A DNA stretch of 63,707 bases, filler included. It is 6 parts of 6 records of this genome, joined end to end, with 100 filler letters (N's around TTAATTAATTAA, not from the genome) between each part and the next. Parts side by side here need not be neighbours in the genome. Positions count along the whole stretch, not along the records: positions 39,930 to 51,686 come from SRR31147125_14196; positions 51,787 to 63,707 come from SRR31147125_14266; 4 more parts are not named here. One strand, given 5' to 3'. Of the stretch, positions 41,054-52,179 are shown in pieces. The translations under genes and the position numbers were made by a program. Numbering within the stretch: position 1 is the stretch's first letter; each line of letters opens with the position of its first letter. The notes beneath the pieces were generated by a model. That model saw nothing but the letters and a program-made list of their open reading frames with translations. It had not been told where the DNA came from and did not search any database.

Positions 41054-41853
41054 CTAATCATGCGTGGGATAGAGTCTTACTTGCAAGACATCAAGATAGA
41101 ATAACTGCAAAAACACTGATAAAATACTTCATTGATGATTTTATTGAATTAAAAGGTGATAGGCTTTATCGTGATGATGAAGCTATTATTGGTGGTATTG
41201 GATATCTTGGAGATATGCCAGTGACTGTGATTGCTGAAGAAAAAGGCAAGCGTACACAAGAAAAAATTTATCATAATTTTGGTATGCCACATCCTGAAGG
41301 ATATCGTAAAGCTTTAAGGTTGATGAAACAAGCTGAAAAGTTTAACCGACCGATTATAACGATTATTGATACACCTGGTGCATATCCAGGGATTGAAGCC
41401 GAAGAACGTGGGCAAGCAAGAGCTATTGCATCAAATTTGTATGAAATGGCTCAACTAAGCGTTCCTATTATCGTGATTATACTCAGTGAAGGTGGATCAG
41501 GTGGTGCACTTGCTATTGGTGTTGGTGATTATATGATGATGTATGAAAATGCAATTTATTCAATTTTATCACCTGAAGGTTTCGCATCAATTTTATATAA
41601 AGATAGTACAAAGGCAAGCGAAGCAGCCAAGCATATGAAATTAACAGCCAAAGATTTATTTGATTTAAATATTATTGATGAAATCATTTTAGAACATGAA
41701 GGATTGCATATCAATCCTAAAGATGGATTAGAACAGCTTTGTTTATCACTTAAAAAACAAATGAAGTATTTTTCTAAATTAGATAAGCGAAAACTTATCG
41801 AAAAAAGATATCAAAAATTTAGAAAAATAGGATCATTCACACACAAGGAGTAA
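41050..41853 (+). CDS. accA: Acetyl-CoA carboxylase carboxyltransferase alpha subunit
   Basis: NFGMPHPEGYRKALR, DTPGAYPG..AEERGQ, EGGSGGALA. Confidence 0.96.
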   Translation: MTNHAWDRVLLARHQDRITAKTLIKYFIDDFIELKGDRLYRDDEAIIGGIGYLGDMPVTVIAEEKGKRTQEKIYHNFGMPHPEGYRKALRLMKQAEKFNRPIITIIDTPGAYPGIEAEERGQARAIASNLYEMAQLSVPIIVIILSEGGSGGALAIGVGDYMMMYENAIYSILSPEGFASILYKDSTKASEAAKHMKLTAKDLFDLNIIDEIILEHEGLHINPKDGLEQLCLSLKKQMKYFSKLDKRKLIEKRYQKFRKIGSFTHKE

Positions 41854-41856
41854 TAT

Positions 41857-42783
41857 ATGGCATCAACACACATAAAATTAATTTCAACAGGTAAATACTT
41901 ACCTAAAAAAATATTAACAAATGATGATTTAGAAAAAATGGTAGACACATCTGATGAGTGGATTACAACTAGAACAGGTATTAAAGAAAGACGCATAGCA
42001 GCAAGTGATGAATATGCTGCAGACCTTGCTTATGAAGCTGCTAAAAAAGCAATTAAAAAAGCAAATTATGATAAAGAAAATATTGATCTCATTATTGTTG
42101 CATCGATCACAGGACAACAGATGACACCATCTGTTGCCAATCGTGTACAACAAAAATTAGGGATTACTTCATGTATGAGTTTTGATGTAAATGCTGCATG
42201 CACAGGGTTTATTTATGCATTAGAAGTTGCATCTGCGATGTTACAATCAAAAACTTATCGTTCAGCACTCGTAATTGGTGCTGAAAAATTATCGTCAATC
42301 TTAGACTATACAGATAGAAATACATGTATTTTATTTGGTGATGGAGCCGGTGCAATGCTTATTGAACCTAGCGACACATTTAATGCATATTTTTATAATC
42401 AAGCAAAAGCGGATGAAACAGATGCTCTAACAGTTAAACAATATATTAAGATGGATGGTCGAAAGGTTTTCTTATTTGCAGTTGATGCAATTAAAAAAAG
42501 TATAGCAGAAATTGTAAAACAGTCAAATGTTTCCCTTGATCAAATCACTCAAATTATTCCTCATCAAGCAAACCTTAGAATTATTCAATCAGTATCAAAA
42601 TCACTTGATATTGATATCGATAAATTTATGGTTAATCTTGATAAATATGGTAATACTTCAGCTGCAAGTATTCCCATTGCACTCGATGAGTATCTTGATC
42701 AAAAAAGAAGTGATGCATATGTCTTACTTGTAGGTTTTGGTGGAGGATTCACTTGGGGTTCTGCATTGTTACAATTAAAATAA
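41857..42783 (+). CDS. fabH: 3-oxoacyl-ACP synthase III
   Basis: DTSDEWI..RTGIKERR, AACTGF, PHQANLRI, GNTSAAS. Confidence 0.96.
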   Translation: MASTHIKLISTGKYLPKKILTNDDLEKMVDTSDEWITTRTGIKERRIAASDEYAADLAYEAAKKAIKKANYDKENIDLIIVASITGQQMTPSVANRVQQKLGITSCMSFDVNAACTGFIYALEVASAMLQSKTYRSALVIGAEKLSSILDYTDRNTCILFGDGAGAMLIEPSDTFNAYFYNQAKADETDALTVKQYIKMDGRKVFLFAVDAIKKSIAEIVKQSNVSLDQITQIIPHQANLRIIQSVSKSLDIDIDKFMVNLDKYGNTSAASIPIALDEYLDQKRSDAYVLLVGFGGGFTWGSALLQLK

Positions 42784-42793
42784 GGAGTTTGCG

Positions 42794-43726
42794 ATGAAAA
42801 ATATTACAGAATTACTCAAAACGAAATATCCTGTCATTCAAGGTGGTATGGCAAATATAGCAACTGCTGAACTAGCATCAGCTGTATCAAATGCTGGAGG
42901 GTTAGGCTTAATTGGTGCTGGCGGATATGATGAAAATTGGGTGAGAGATGAAATCAGAAAAATGAAAAAACTTACTGATAAACCTTTTGGCGTTAATTTG
43001 ATGCTTATGAGTCCACATGCACCTAAAATTGCTGAAGTAGTCATTGAAGAAGGTGTGAAGATTGTAACAACCGGTGCAGGAAGTCCAGGTATATATATGG
43101 ATAAATGGAAAGCAAACAATATGGTTGTTATACCTGTTGTGCCAAGTGTAGCACTTGCAAGAAGAGTCGAACGTATGGGTGCTGATGCAGTAGTTGTTGA
43201 AGGTACTGAGGCTGGTGGGCACATTGGTGAAACGACAACTATGGCGATTGTGCCACAAGTTGCCGATGCAATTCATATTCCAGTCATTGCAGCAGGGGGT
43301 ATCGCTGATCATAGAGGTGTGCTTGCAGCATTTGCATTAGGCGCTAAAGGTGTTCAAATTGGGACTGTGTTACTTGCAACAAAGGAATGTCCAATTCATG
43401 AAAACTATAAAAATAGAATCGTAAGAGCTAAAGACATTGACAGTATTGTAACAGGTAGAAATACAAAAGCTCCTGTAAGAGTATTAAAAAATCCAATGGC
43501 TGTCAAATATATTGAAATGACAAAACAAGGCTATGATTTAATGGCATTAGAAAAATTAACTTTAGGATCACTTAGAAAAGCTGTTTTTGATGGAGATATG
43601 GAAAATGGATCAATTATGGCAGGTCAAATTGCTGGGCTTGTTAAATCAGTATTAACAGTTAAAGAAGTCTTAGACCATATGTTTGAAGGTCTAAATGCAT
43701 ATAAAGACGATTTGGAAGTGATGTAA
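42794..43726 (+). CDS. fabK: Enoyl-ACP reductase II
   Basis: IQGGMA, PFGVNLML, EGTEAGGHIG, AAGGIAD, MAGQIAG; located in the fab cluster. Confidence 0.93.
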   Translation: MKNITELLKTKYPVIQGGMANIATAELASAVSNAGGLGLIGAGGYDENWVRDEIRKMKKLTDKPFGVNLMLMSPHAPKIAEVVIEEGVKIVTTGAGSPGIYMDKWKANNMVVIPVVPSVALARRVERMGADAVVVEGTEAGGHIGETTTMAIVPQVADAIHIPVIAAGGIADHRGVLAAFALGAKGVQIGTVLLATKECPIHENYKNRIVRAKDIDSIVTGRNTKAPVRVLKNPMAVKYIEMTKQGYDLMALEKLTLGSLRKAVFDGDMENGSIMAGQIAGLVKSVLTVKEVLDHMFEGLNAYKDDLEVM

Positions 43727-44665
43727 TGCCGAAGTTAGCGATATGCTTTTCTGGTCAAGGTAGTCAATATAAGGGTATGGCGATGGACTATATAGAAGCA
43801 AACAATGAACTAAAAAAAATAGTAAAAGACTTAAAAGAAACAACAAATATAGATTTTATAAAGAGTTTTCAATCTGAAGAAGACTATCATAAAACAAGTA
43901 TTGTTCAACCAATGATTGTTTTAAAATCAATTTTAGGATTAAAAGCTTTAGGGATAAATAAATATTTAGTAGATGCTTATTTTGGGTTTAGTCTTGGTGA
44001 AATCACCGCATATTATGCAAGTGGGGTCTATGCTTATGATGACTTGATGAATATCGCAAAAATGAGAGGAGAATTTATGCAACAAGCTTGTGATAAAGTT
44101 GATGGTCGCATGGCAGCAATCATAGGCTTAGATATTGAGCAAGTTAAACAAGCGATTGCACCTCTTCAAGAACAAGGTGTCATTGAAGTTGCTAACTATA
44201 ATGGATATCTCCAGTATGTCATCTCTGGCGAATCTCAATTAATTGAGCAAGCGATACCTTTGTTAAAACAAACAGGGGCAAGACGGGCTGTCATTCTTAA
44301 AGTAAGTGGCGCATTTCATACAACACTGATGCATCAAGCAAGTCAATCAATGATTAAGCATATGCAATCAATGCAAAGACATCCGCTTCAATGTCCTATG
44401 TTGATGAATAAAGATGCTTCATGGTTAAAAGAAGAAGATGTGATTGAACATTTAGCACAACAAATCATATCACCTGTCAGGTTTATTCAAATGATTGAAA
44501 AACTTAAAGCAGAAGGATTTACACATATTTTAGAAATAGGACCTGGTAAGGTACTTACAGGATTAATAAAAAAATTGATAAACAAATCGAAGTCTTCAAC
44601 TTCGATCAATTTGATCAACTTGAAGATGTTGAAAGGTGGTTAGATACACATGGATTTAAAAATAA
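43726..44665 (+). CDS. fabD: Malonyl-CoA:ACP transacylase; C-terminus affected by a homopolymer indel (A7 near 44568-44574), end approximate
   Basis: FSGQGSQ, GFSLGE, VSGAFHT, EIGPGKVLTGL. Confidence 0.9.
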
Positions 44666-45392
44666 AGTTGCGATTGTTACAGGTGGTGCATCAGGTATAG
44701 GTCGTGCCATTGCTTTTGAGCTTGCAAACCAAGGTTGTCGTGTTGTAATTAATTATAATCGAAGTGCATCACAAGCAGAATCTCTCATTCAAGAAATCCA
44801 AGCTATGGGTCAAGAAGCTGTTGCAGTTCAAGCAAATATTAGTGTGCTTGAAGATGCTAAAAAAATAGCGTCTACAGCGATAGAAGCATTTGGTGGTATT
44901 GATATTGTCGTAAATAATGCAGGTATTACAAATGATCAATTGTTGCTTCGTATGAAAGAAGAACAATTTGATGATGTGATAGGCGTTAATCTAAAGGGTG
45001 TTTGGAATATGTGTAAAGCAAGTGTGAGATATATTCTAAAATCACAACAAGGCCGTATCATTAATATTTCAAGTGTTTCAGGATTAACAGGAAATGTTGG
45101 ACAATCAAATTATAGTGCAGCAAAAGCTGGGGTTATTGGTCTTACTAAAACACTTGCAAGAGAACTTGCAACTAGAAATGTAACTGTTAATGCGATTGCA
45201 CCTGGTTTTATTGAAACAAAGATGACTGAAAAATTAGATGAAGAAACAAAAGCATATTTTAAAGAACAAATTGCATTAAAACGTTTTGGGAAACCTGAAG
45301 ATATTGCACAAGCAGTATGCTTTATCGCCAGCGATAAAGCATCATATATGACAGGACAAACATTAGTCATTGATGGAGGTATGGTTATATGA
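44650..45392 (+). CDS. fabG: 3-oxoacyl-ACP reductase; start at ATG 44650 needs one extra A in the A5 run at 44658-44662
   Basis: AAAGGTGG RBS; MDLKNKVAIVTGGASGIG after correction; NNAG, YSAAK, APGFIET. Confidence 0.9.
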
Positions 45393-46630
45393 AAAGACGT
45401 GTGGTAGTTACAGGTATGGGACTTGTAAGTCCTTTAGGCAATAGTGTCGATGCATCTTTTGATGCCATGATTAAAGGTGAAAATGGTGTTGATTTTATCA
45501 CACTATTTGATACAACAAATTGGAAAGTCAAAATTGCAGGAGAAGTTAAAAACTTAGATTTTGAAAAGTATATGGATAGAAAAGAATTGAAAAGATCTGA
45601 TCGCGTCACACAACTTGCATTAGTTGCTGCAGATGAAGCATACAAACAATCAGGATTAGAAAACCATCAAGTTGATCCATATCGTTTTGCGACATACATT
45701 GGTAGTGGTATTGGTGGATTAACTACCATTTACAAAGAAGCAAAGACTTCCGTAGAGCGTGGACAATCACGTATCTCTCCATTTTTTATTCCTAGTTCAA
45801 TTATTAATATGGTTGGGGCTCAATTAGGTATTAAATATCAAGCAAAAGGTGGTAATCTTCCATCTGTAACAGCATGTTCAGCTGCAACAAATGCGATTGG
45901 AGAAGCATTTAGAGCCATACGTGATGGTTATATAGACATCGCAATCACAGGTGGTGCTGAGGCACCCATTAATGATTTGGGGTTGGGTGGATTTTCTAGT
46001 TTGAAAGCACTAGATTTTTCAAATGATCCAGAGCATGCTTCTCGACCATTCGATAAGACAAGAAGTGGGTTTGTGATTGCAGAAGGTGCAGGTATATTAA
46101 TACTTGAAACACTAGAACATGCACAACAAAGAGGCGCACAAATATTTGCAGAAGTCATAGGCTATGGCACAACATCAGATGCATATCACATGACAGCCCC
46201 AGATGAAGAAGCCATGGGTGTTACACGTGCTATTTTAAATGCACTAGATGATGGTAAGCTTCAAAGAGAAGATATTGGCTATATTAATGCACACGGTACG
46301 TCAACATATTTAAATGATAAGTTAGAAACACTAGGATTTAAAAAAGCATTTAAAGAACATGCAAAAAATTTGCTTGTAAGTTCAACAAAATCAATGACAG
46401 GTCATGCACTTGGAGCTGCTGGTGCAATAGAATCAATTGCAGTCATTAAAGCACTTCAAACATCAAAAGTACCTCCAACAATCCATCTTAATACACCCGA
46501 TGAAGATTGTGATCTAGATTATGTCTCAAACGCCTATAAAACAAAAGATATGCAATATGCCATGAATATCAACATTGGTTTTGGTGGTCAAAATGCATGT
46601 GTTATTTTTAAGAAAGGCAGTGAACTATGA
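45389..46630 (+). CDS. fabF: 3-oxoacyl-ACP synthase II
   Basis: RRVVVTGMG, TACS, NAHGTST, KSMTGHALGAAG, GFGGQN. Confidence 0.96.
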   Translation: MKRRVVVTGMGLVSPLGNSVDASFDAMIKGENGVDFITLFDTTNWKVKIAGEVKNLDFEKYMDRKELKRSDRVTQLALVAADEAYKQSGLENHQVDPYRFATYIGSGIGGLTTIYKEAKTSVERGQSRISPFFIPSSIINMVGAQLGIKYQAKGGNLPSVTACSAATNAIGEAFRAIRDGYIDIAITGGAEAPINDLGLGGFSSLKALDFSNDPEHASRPFDKTRSGFVIAEGAGILILETLEHAQQRGAQIFAEVIGYGTTSDAYHMTAPDEEAMGVTRAILNALDDGKLQREDIGYINAHGTSTYLNDKLETLGFKKAFKEHAKNLLVSSTKSMTGHALGAAGAIESIAVIKALQTSKVPPTIHLNTPDEDCDLDYVSNAYKTKDMQYAMNINIGFGGQNACVIFKKGSEL

Positions 46631-47055
46631 GATTAGATTTAGAAAATATTAAAAAAATTATTCCACATCGTGATCCATTTTTACTCATTGATGAAATTAT
46701 AGAATTAGAATCAATGGATTATGCAATAGGCATCAAAAAAATCGAAGATACTGAATTCTATTTCAAAGGACATTTTCCAAATAAACCAGTAGTTCCTGGT
46801 GTAATCATTATTGAATCTCTTGCACAAGTTGGTGCTGTTGTCATCTTATCATCAAAAAAATTCTTAGGTAAAATCGCATATTTTACAGGCATTAAACAAG
46901 CTAAGTTTAGAAAAAGCGTATTACCAGGTGACAAACTTATCTTAAAGTGTACAATTACAAAAATTAAAGGTGTATTTGGGTTTGGCCGAGGTGAAGCATA
47001 CGTAGGTGATGATCTTGTATGTGAAGCTGATATATCATTTGCGATTGGCACATAA
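46627..47055 (+). CDS. fabZ: 3-hydroxyacyl-ACP dehydratase
   Basis: IPHRDPFLLID, FKGHFP..PVVPGV.IIE..AQ. Confidence 0.96.
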   Translation: MRLDLENIKKIIPHRDPFLLIDEIIELESMDYAIGIKKIEDTEFYFKGHFPNKPVVPGVIIIESLAQVGAVVILSSKKFLGKIAYFTGIKQAKFRKSVLPGDKLILKCTITKIKGVFGFGRGEAYVGDDLVCEADISFAIGT

Positions 47056-47567
47056 TGCAACCCACGATTATATCTTTTAAAGAAATCGATTCAACTAATG
47101 ATTATTTAAAAATACATGCATATGATTTACCGCATTTAACAATAGTTTTTACGGATTTTCAACGAAAAGGCCGTGGACAATTTGATCATGTGTGGATATC
47201 AAATAAAGGTGAAAATATATTATGCTCTCTGTTAATTAAAAATGTTGATAATCTTAATCCTCATCATATAAAAGATGAGTTGATTAAATTATTAAAAGTA
47301 TTTTTCCAATCATTTGATATCCATACTTTATTTAAAGAACCCAATGATCTTTATGTGGATCATGAAAAGATTTGTGGTATTTTGATTGAATCTAAATATA
47401 GTGATAAACATTTAGAATATATCATTGTAGGGTTAGGTATAAATATTAATCAAGTTTCTTTTGGGGATTTACAAGCTACATCAATGAAACGAATTAATAA
47501 TCAAACTTATCATCTTGATAATGTTAAACAGAGATTGATTCAATGCTTATCCCAATCATTTAAGTAA
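47055..47567 (+). CDS. birA: Biotin-protein ligase, monofunctional (no HTH)
   Basis: DSTN, QRKGRG, KEPNDL, KICGILIE, GLGIN. Confidence 0.9.
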   Translation: MQPTIISFKEIDSTNDYLKIHAYDLPHLTIVFTDFQRKGRGQFDHVWISNKGENILCSLLIKNVDNLNPHHIKDELIKLLKVFFQSFDIHTLFKEPNDLYVDHEKICGILIESKYSDKHLEYIIVGLGININQVSFGDLQATSMKRINNQTYHLDNVKQRLIQCLSQSFK

Positions 47568-47594
47568 AATACATGACGTATCATGTATTTTTTT
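47566..47594 (+). terminator. Intrinsic terminator of the acc/fab operon
   Basis: aaaatacatga-cgta-tcatgtattttttt. Confidence 0.75.
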
Positions 47595-47663
47595 GTATTT
47601 GATAGTGTTTTGATGACACTTTAACCCTAGATTTCTATGTTATAATAGGAATGAGGTAATAAA

Positions 47664-49715
47664 ATGAAAAATGTATATTTATTGTTCTATGAACAACAAA
47701 CAAGAAAACTTGATGATGATATGTTTAAAGATGTTGATTTAGCGCAATATCCACATCTTTTTTTAGAAGATGGACATGTCTTATTAAAACCATATGTATT
47801 AATTGGTAGACTAGATAGAAAACCGCATTTCGGATTTCTAAGACAAGAAACTAAAGATGTATATATCGAAAAAGATGAATTAAAAGATGCGATGCACGAT
47901 GATATTATTTTAGTAGATATTAGAAAACAAGCTAAAATTATTGAAATTGTTGAACGCTCACTAAAAACTGTAGTCGCAACTGTAAAAAAACGTAAAAACG
48001 GATTTAAGTTTTTTACAGATGTCTTTTTAAATAAAAGATTAGAAGTAGAGCCTTATGAGCGTTTAGTCAACGGTCATGTCGTTAGTTTAGATGTTCTACA
48101 TATTGATAAAGATAAAATTTTTGCAAAAGTCAATCATATTATTGGTCATGTCAATGATCCAGATATTGAAACATTAAAAATTGTCAGTGGATATGAATGG
48201 CCACAAGCATTTCGTGATGAAGTATTAGATTCGATTAAAGATATCGGTATTGATATGGATCAAGAAAGAAAAGTACGTGAAGACTTTAGAGATCAATTGA
48301 TTATCACGATTGATGGTAGTGATGCAAAAGATTTAGATGATGCGATTAGCTTATCATATCAAGATGGTGTGTATGAATTATCAGTACACATTGCAGATGT
48401 CAGTCATTTTGTCAGAGAAAAAACGCTATTAAATGAAACGGCATATGAACGTGCAACATCTGTATATTTAGCAGATAGAGTCATACCTATGTTGCCACAT
48501 ATTTTATCAAATGATTGGTGTTCTCTAAATCCAGATGAAGAAAAGTTAACATTATCATGTGTCATGAAATTAGATGATCAAGGAAATGTCATTGATTATC
48601 GTATTGTAAAATCAATCATTACATCCAAACGTAGACTAACATATCAAGCGGTTAATCAATTTTTAAATGATGATGTATCACTTGAACATCAAGAGATTGA
48701 AACCATGCTTATTCACATGAATGAGCTATCACAAAAATTACAATTGCTCAGACGAAAACGTGGAGAAATAGAATTTGACTCAACTGAGTTAGGTTTTAAA
48801 GTGAATAAAGATGGACAAGTGATTGACATTTATCAAAGAGATACTGATGTTGCAGAAGCACTCATTGAATCATTTATGTTAGTTGCTAATGAGACTGTGG
48901 CTAAACATATGCATGATGTCAATTTACCATCTATTTATCGTATCCATGAAAAACCTGATGTTTTAAAATTGAAAATGGCACTAGAAACAATATCTAAACT
49001 TGGCGTCCCTGTTCAATTAAAACATATTGGTGATCCACAAATATTACAAAAAATTACTGATCAAACAGCAGATACACCTATGGGTTCTATTGTACATATG
49101 TTGTTATTACGATCTATGCAAAAAGCAAAATATGCACATCAATCAGATATACATTTTGGCTTAGGTGCAAGATATTATACACATTTTACATCCCCGATTA
49201 GAAGATATCCAGATTTGATGTTACATCGTATGATTCATCGTTTTGTCTTAAATGAAACAAAACATTATGAAAAAGATTATCAATATTACGAATCCATCAT
49301 GGATGAAGTTGCAAAACATACATCGACACAAGAACGAAAAGCCATACAACTTGAGCGAGATGTTGCCAAACTTAAGAGTTGTGAGTATATGTCAAATAAA
49401 ATCGATGAAACATTTAAAGCAACCATCACTCAAATGATGCCATCAGGTATGTTTGTTGCACTTGATAATGGTATTGAAGGATTCGTTCCACTAAGATTAC
49501 TTGATGATTTTTATCAATATGATGAAAATTATTTAATGTATGTGGGTAGACGAGGACATCGCTATAAACTAGGTGATCAAGTTAAAGTAGTACTCGTGTC
49601 TGTAGACATGTTAGAAAGAAAAATGGATTTTGATATGGTTAAAACAAAAGCACAAAAATCAAAATCAAAAAGACCAAAGCAAAAGTCTAGAAGAAAAAAA
49701 GAAGGTAACACATGA
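47664..49715 (+). CDS. rnr: Ribonuclease R
   Basis: [32 protein letters not shown]1 domain and basic tail; adjacent to smpB. Confidence 0.95.
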   Translation: MKNVYLLFYEQQTRKLDDDMFKDVDLAQYPHLFLEDGHVLLKPYVLIGRLDRKPHFGFLRQETKDVYIEKDELKDAMHDDIILVDIRKQAKIIEIVERSLKTVVATVKKRKNGFKFFTDVFLNKRLEVEPYERLVNGHVVSLDVLHIDKDKIFAKVNHIIGHVNDPDIETLKIVSGYEWPQAFRDEVLDSIKDIGIDMDQERKVREDFRDQLIITIDGSDAKDLDDAISLSYQDGVYELSVHIADVSHFVREKTLLNETAYERATSVYLADRVIPMLPHILSNDWCSLNPDEEKLTLSCVMKLDDQGNVIDYRIVKSIITSKRRLTYQAVNQFLNDDVSLEHQEIETMLIHMNELSQKLQLLRRKRGEIEFDSTELGFKVNKDGQVIDIYQRDTDVAEALIESFMLVANETVAKHMHDVNLPSIYRIHEKPDVLKLKMALETISKLGVPVQLKHIGDPQILQKITDQTADTPMGSIVHMLLLRSMQKAKYAHQSDIHFGLGARYYTHFTSPIRRYPDLMLHRMIHRFVLNETKHYEKDYQYYESIMDEVAKHTSTQERKAIQLERDVAKLKSCEYMSNKIDETFKATITQMMPSGMFVALDNGIEGFVPLRLLDDFYQYDENYLMYVGRRGHRYKLGDQVKVVLVSVDMLERKMDFDMVKTKAQKSKSKRPKQKSRRKKEGNT

Positions 49716-50152
49716 AAATTATCGCAAACAATAAAAAAGCATATCATGATTATTTTATTGAAGAAACCTATGAAGCTGGGATTCAGTTAAAAGGTAGTGA
49801 AATTAAATCAATAAGACAAGGTAAAGTCAATTTAAGCGATAGTTATGTAACATTTAGGCATAGCGAAGCATTCGTCATTAATATGCATATTTCAAAATAT
49901 GATTATTCGAATATGTTTAATCACGAAGAAACAAGAACAAGAAAACTCTTATTACATAAAAGCCAAATCGTCAAACTACTCACACAAACTAAACTTCAAG
50001 GTATGTCAGTCATTCCATTAAAAGTATATTTAAAAGATGGATTGTGTAAAATAGAAATAGGTTTAGCTAAAGGTAAAAAAGATTATGACAAACGTCAAAC
50101 ATTGAAAGAAAAGGATATGAAAAGAAGAATCTCAAAACAACTTAAGAGGTAA
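49712..50152 (+). CDS. smpB: SsrA-binding protein
   Basis: [38 protein letters not shown]. Confidence 0.97.
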   Translation: MKIIANNKKAYHDYFIEETYEAGIQLKGSEIKSIRQGKVNLSDSYVTFRHSEAFVINMHISKYDYSNMFNHEETRTRKLLLHKSQIVKLLTQTKLQGMSVIPLKVYLKDGLCKIEIGLAKGKKDYDKRQTLKEKDMKRRISKQLKR

Positions 50153-50155
50153 TTT

Positions 50156-51076
50156 ATGAATCATAAAATAGGTTTAGCACTAGGTGGGGGCGGCGCACGT
50201 GGTAGTTTTCAATTAGGTGTGATAGAAGTCCTTGTAAACCTAGGTATTCTTGATCAAATTAAATATGTTTCAGGTACATCAATTGGAGCTATTAACACGT
50301 TAATGATTATGAATGATTTATCTTATGATCGTATGCTTGAAATTTGGCAAATGATCGATAATTCAGACATATATGGTGATGGGGCTGATCGTTTTAAGTT
50401 GGATAAAAAAGGTATTTTCTCCATTCAAGATTTGTTTAAAAAACTTAAAAAAGAAATCTCTATTTCAGAGATTAAAGAAAGCAAGGTCAAAGGGTTTGCG
50501 ACGACAGTAAAAATCCCTAAACAATCATTGATTGATCAAGTGATGTTTAATCGTATGGAAAAAGAGGTTTTAAACTTAAATCAAATGGAAGATCCTGCTA
50601 AAGGTGCACTTGCAAGTGCATCTATGCCAGTTATTTTTGGCTCAACGCATATCGAAGATGATTATTATATTGATGGTGGCGTCCTAGATAATTGCCCCAT
50701 TCAACCACTCATTGAAGAAGGTTGCGATATCATTATTGCAGTACCCATTCAAGGGGGATTAAAGTTAAGAAAACATAAAGATAAAGATATATTGATTATT
50801 GTGATTGAACCGCATTTTTTATTTAATCCATTATTAATTGATGTGATTAATTTTGATCCTAAAGAAATCCCACATCGTGTTGCATATGGTAAAATGCTTG
50901 CTCAATTTATTTTTAATAAATTAAGTGATGAAGGTGTTTATGAAATGGTTAAAAATCAATGGTATAAACCAGAAGGTTTTAAATCTTATCGCATTAAACG
51001 TGAAGAAGAATTAAAACTCAAATTTAATCAAAGAAAGGCAGCGAAAGATGATGCAAATCATGAAGAAGACATTTAA
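50156..51076 (+). CDS. Patatin-like phospholipase
   Basis: GGGGARG, GTSIG, ASASMP, DGG. Confidence 0.92.
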   Translation: MNHKIGLALGGGGARGSFQLGVIEVLVNLGILDQIKYVSGTSIGAINTLMIMNDLSYDRMLEIWQMIDNSDIYGDGADRFKLDKKGIFSIQDLFKKLKKEISISEIKESKVKGFATTVKIPKQSLIDQVMFNRMEKEVLNLNQMEDPAKGALASASMPVIFGSTHIEDDYYIDGGVLDNCPIQPLIEEGCDIIIAVPIQGGLKLRKHKDKDILIIVIEPHFLFNPLLIDVINFDPKEIPHRVAYGKMLAQFIFNKLSDEGVYEMVKNQWYKPEGFKSYRIKREEELKLKFNQRKAAKDDANHEEDI

Positions 51077-51485
51077 TGAATTAAGTGCACAAGACATTTA
51101 TCATATCCTAAACTTAAGATTAGAAGTATTTCTGATTGAACAAAATATTATTTATGTTGATACTGATTATGTGGATCAAAAGTCAATCCATTATTTTATC
51201 GAAGAAGATGATAAAATCGTTAGTTATCTAAGATTGATTCCAAAAGGGTACAAATATATAGAGTATTCAATTGGACGTGTTGTTACAGATAAAGTCTATC
51301 GTCAAAAAGGATATTCAACAGCACTTATTCAAGCTGCACTATCAGATGTACAAGGTGAAAAAGTGAGAATATCTGGTCAAGCTTATTTACAAAAATATTA
51401 TGAAAAATTAGGGTTTAAAACAGTCAGTGATGCATACATGGAAGAAGGTATTCTTCATTATGAAATGCTAAATGATAATAAATGA
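51048..51485 (+). CDS. ElaA-like GNAT acetyltransferase
   Basis: FNELS..DIY..L.LR.EVF..EQ, IGRVV, Q.YLQKYY..LGF, EEGILH. Confidence 0.88.
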   Translation: MMQIMKKTFNELSAQDIYHILNLRLEVFLIEQNIIYVDTDYVDQKSIHYFIEEDDKIVSYLRLIPKGYKYIEYSIGRVVTDKVYRQKGYSTALIQAALSDVQGEKVRISGQAYLQKYYEKLGFKTVSDAYMEEGILHYEMLNDNK

Positions 51486-51529
51486 ATTGATATCTTGTTA
51501 TAATTGATAAAACATGATAATATATAGTT

Positions 51530-51686
51530 GCAATGATAAGAGATGAGTAATAAGTGATTCTTTGATAGAGAGTTCGTGGCTGGTGTAAACGAATAAAGAA
51601 CCTTGTGAATGCTACTCTAGGAGCACATAGTAAATCGGCTATAACGATATATGAGGGCTAGAATTTATTCTAGAACTAAGGTGGTA
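51530..51686 (+). ncRNA. T-box riboswitch leader (probably Ala-specific), cut by the contig end
   Basis: Stem I motifs AGAGA and GGUGnAA, specifier region GAAUGCUACUC, and T-box AACUAAGGUGGUA at the contig end. Confidence 0.85.
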
Positions 51687-51786
51687 NNNNNNNNNNNNNN
51701 NNNNNNNNNNNNNNNNNNNNNNNNNNNNNNTTAATTAATTAANNNNNNNNNNNNNNNNNNNNNNNNNNNNNNNNNNNNNNNNNNNN
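51687..51786. other. Artificial contig linker
   Basis: N44-TTAATTAATTAA-N44. Confidence 0.97.
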
Positions 51787-51837
51787 GGTTCATATAGATT
51801 TAAGTTAACAGAAATAAAAAATACACAAGGAGAAAAG

Positions 51838-52083
51838 ATGGAGAAGAAAATAATTGAATTTTTAGAAAATAGCGTTCGTCACAAAATTCAAGGTGACGGT
51901 GGAGACTTTGAACTAGTTGCAATTGATGAGAAAGGTTTACACCTTAATTTAATAGCAGAGTGTTCAAGATGTCCTATAACAAATGAATGTTACAAAGATT
52001 GGCTTAAACAGGAGTTAAAGGAAAAATTAGATATTGATATAGCTATTATAACTAAGCAAAAGAAACCATACTTTTGGGGTTAA
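51838..52083 (+). CDS. Small NifU/NfuA C-terminal-domain protein
   Basis: VRHKIQGDGGDFELV...L..ECSRCP (CxxC); AAGGAG RBS. Confidence 0.75.
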   Translation: MEKKIIEFLENSVRHKIQGDGGDFELVAIDEKGLHLNLIAECSRCPITNECYKDWLKQELKEKLDIDIAIITKQKKPYFWG

Positions 52084-52179
52084 ATGTTTGTATGTAGGTC
52101 AAGAATTTCGTAATAAAATTTTTTAATCGATCTAACATAATCTAAATAAATTATTGAAAGAAAAGGGTGAGGATAAAAG

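Noticed and set aside
43726-45392. Possible FabD-FabG fusion (one added A makes fabD read through into the fabG frame)
   Set aside because: A good RBS and ATG at 44650 give a canonical MDLKNKVAIVTG start with a second single-A correction, which also restores a fabD stop. Two homopolymer errors are more plausible in this dataset.
50153-50200. tmRNA (ssrA) after smpB
   Set aside because: The patatin gene starts 3 nt after the smpB stop; there is no room and no tRNA-like end.
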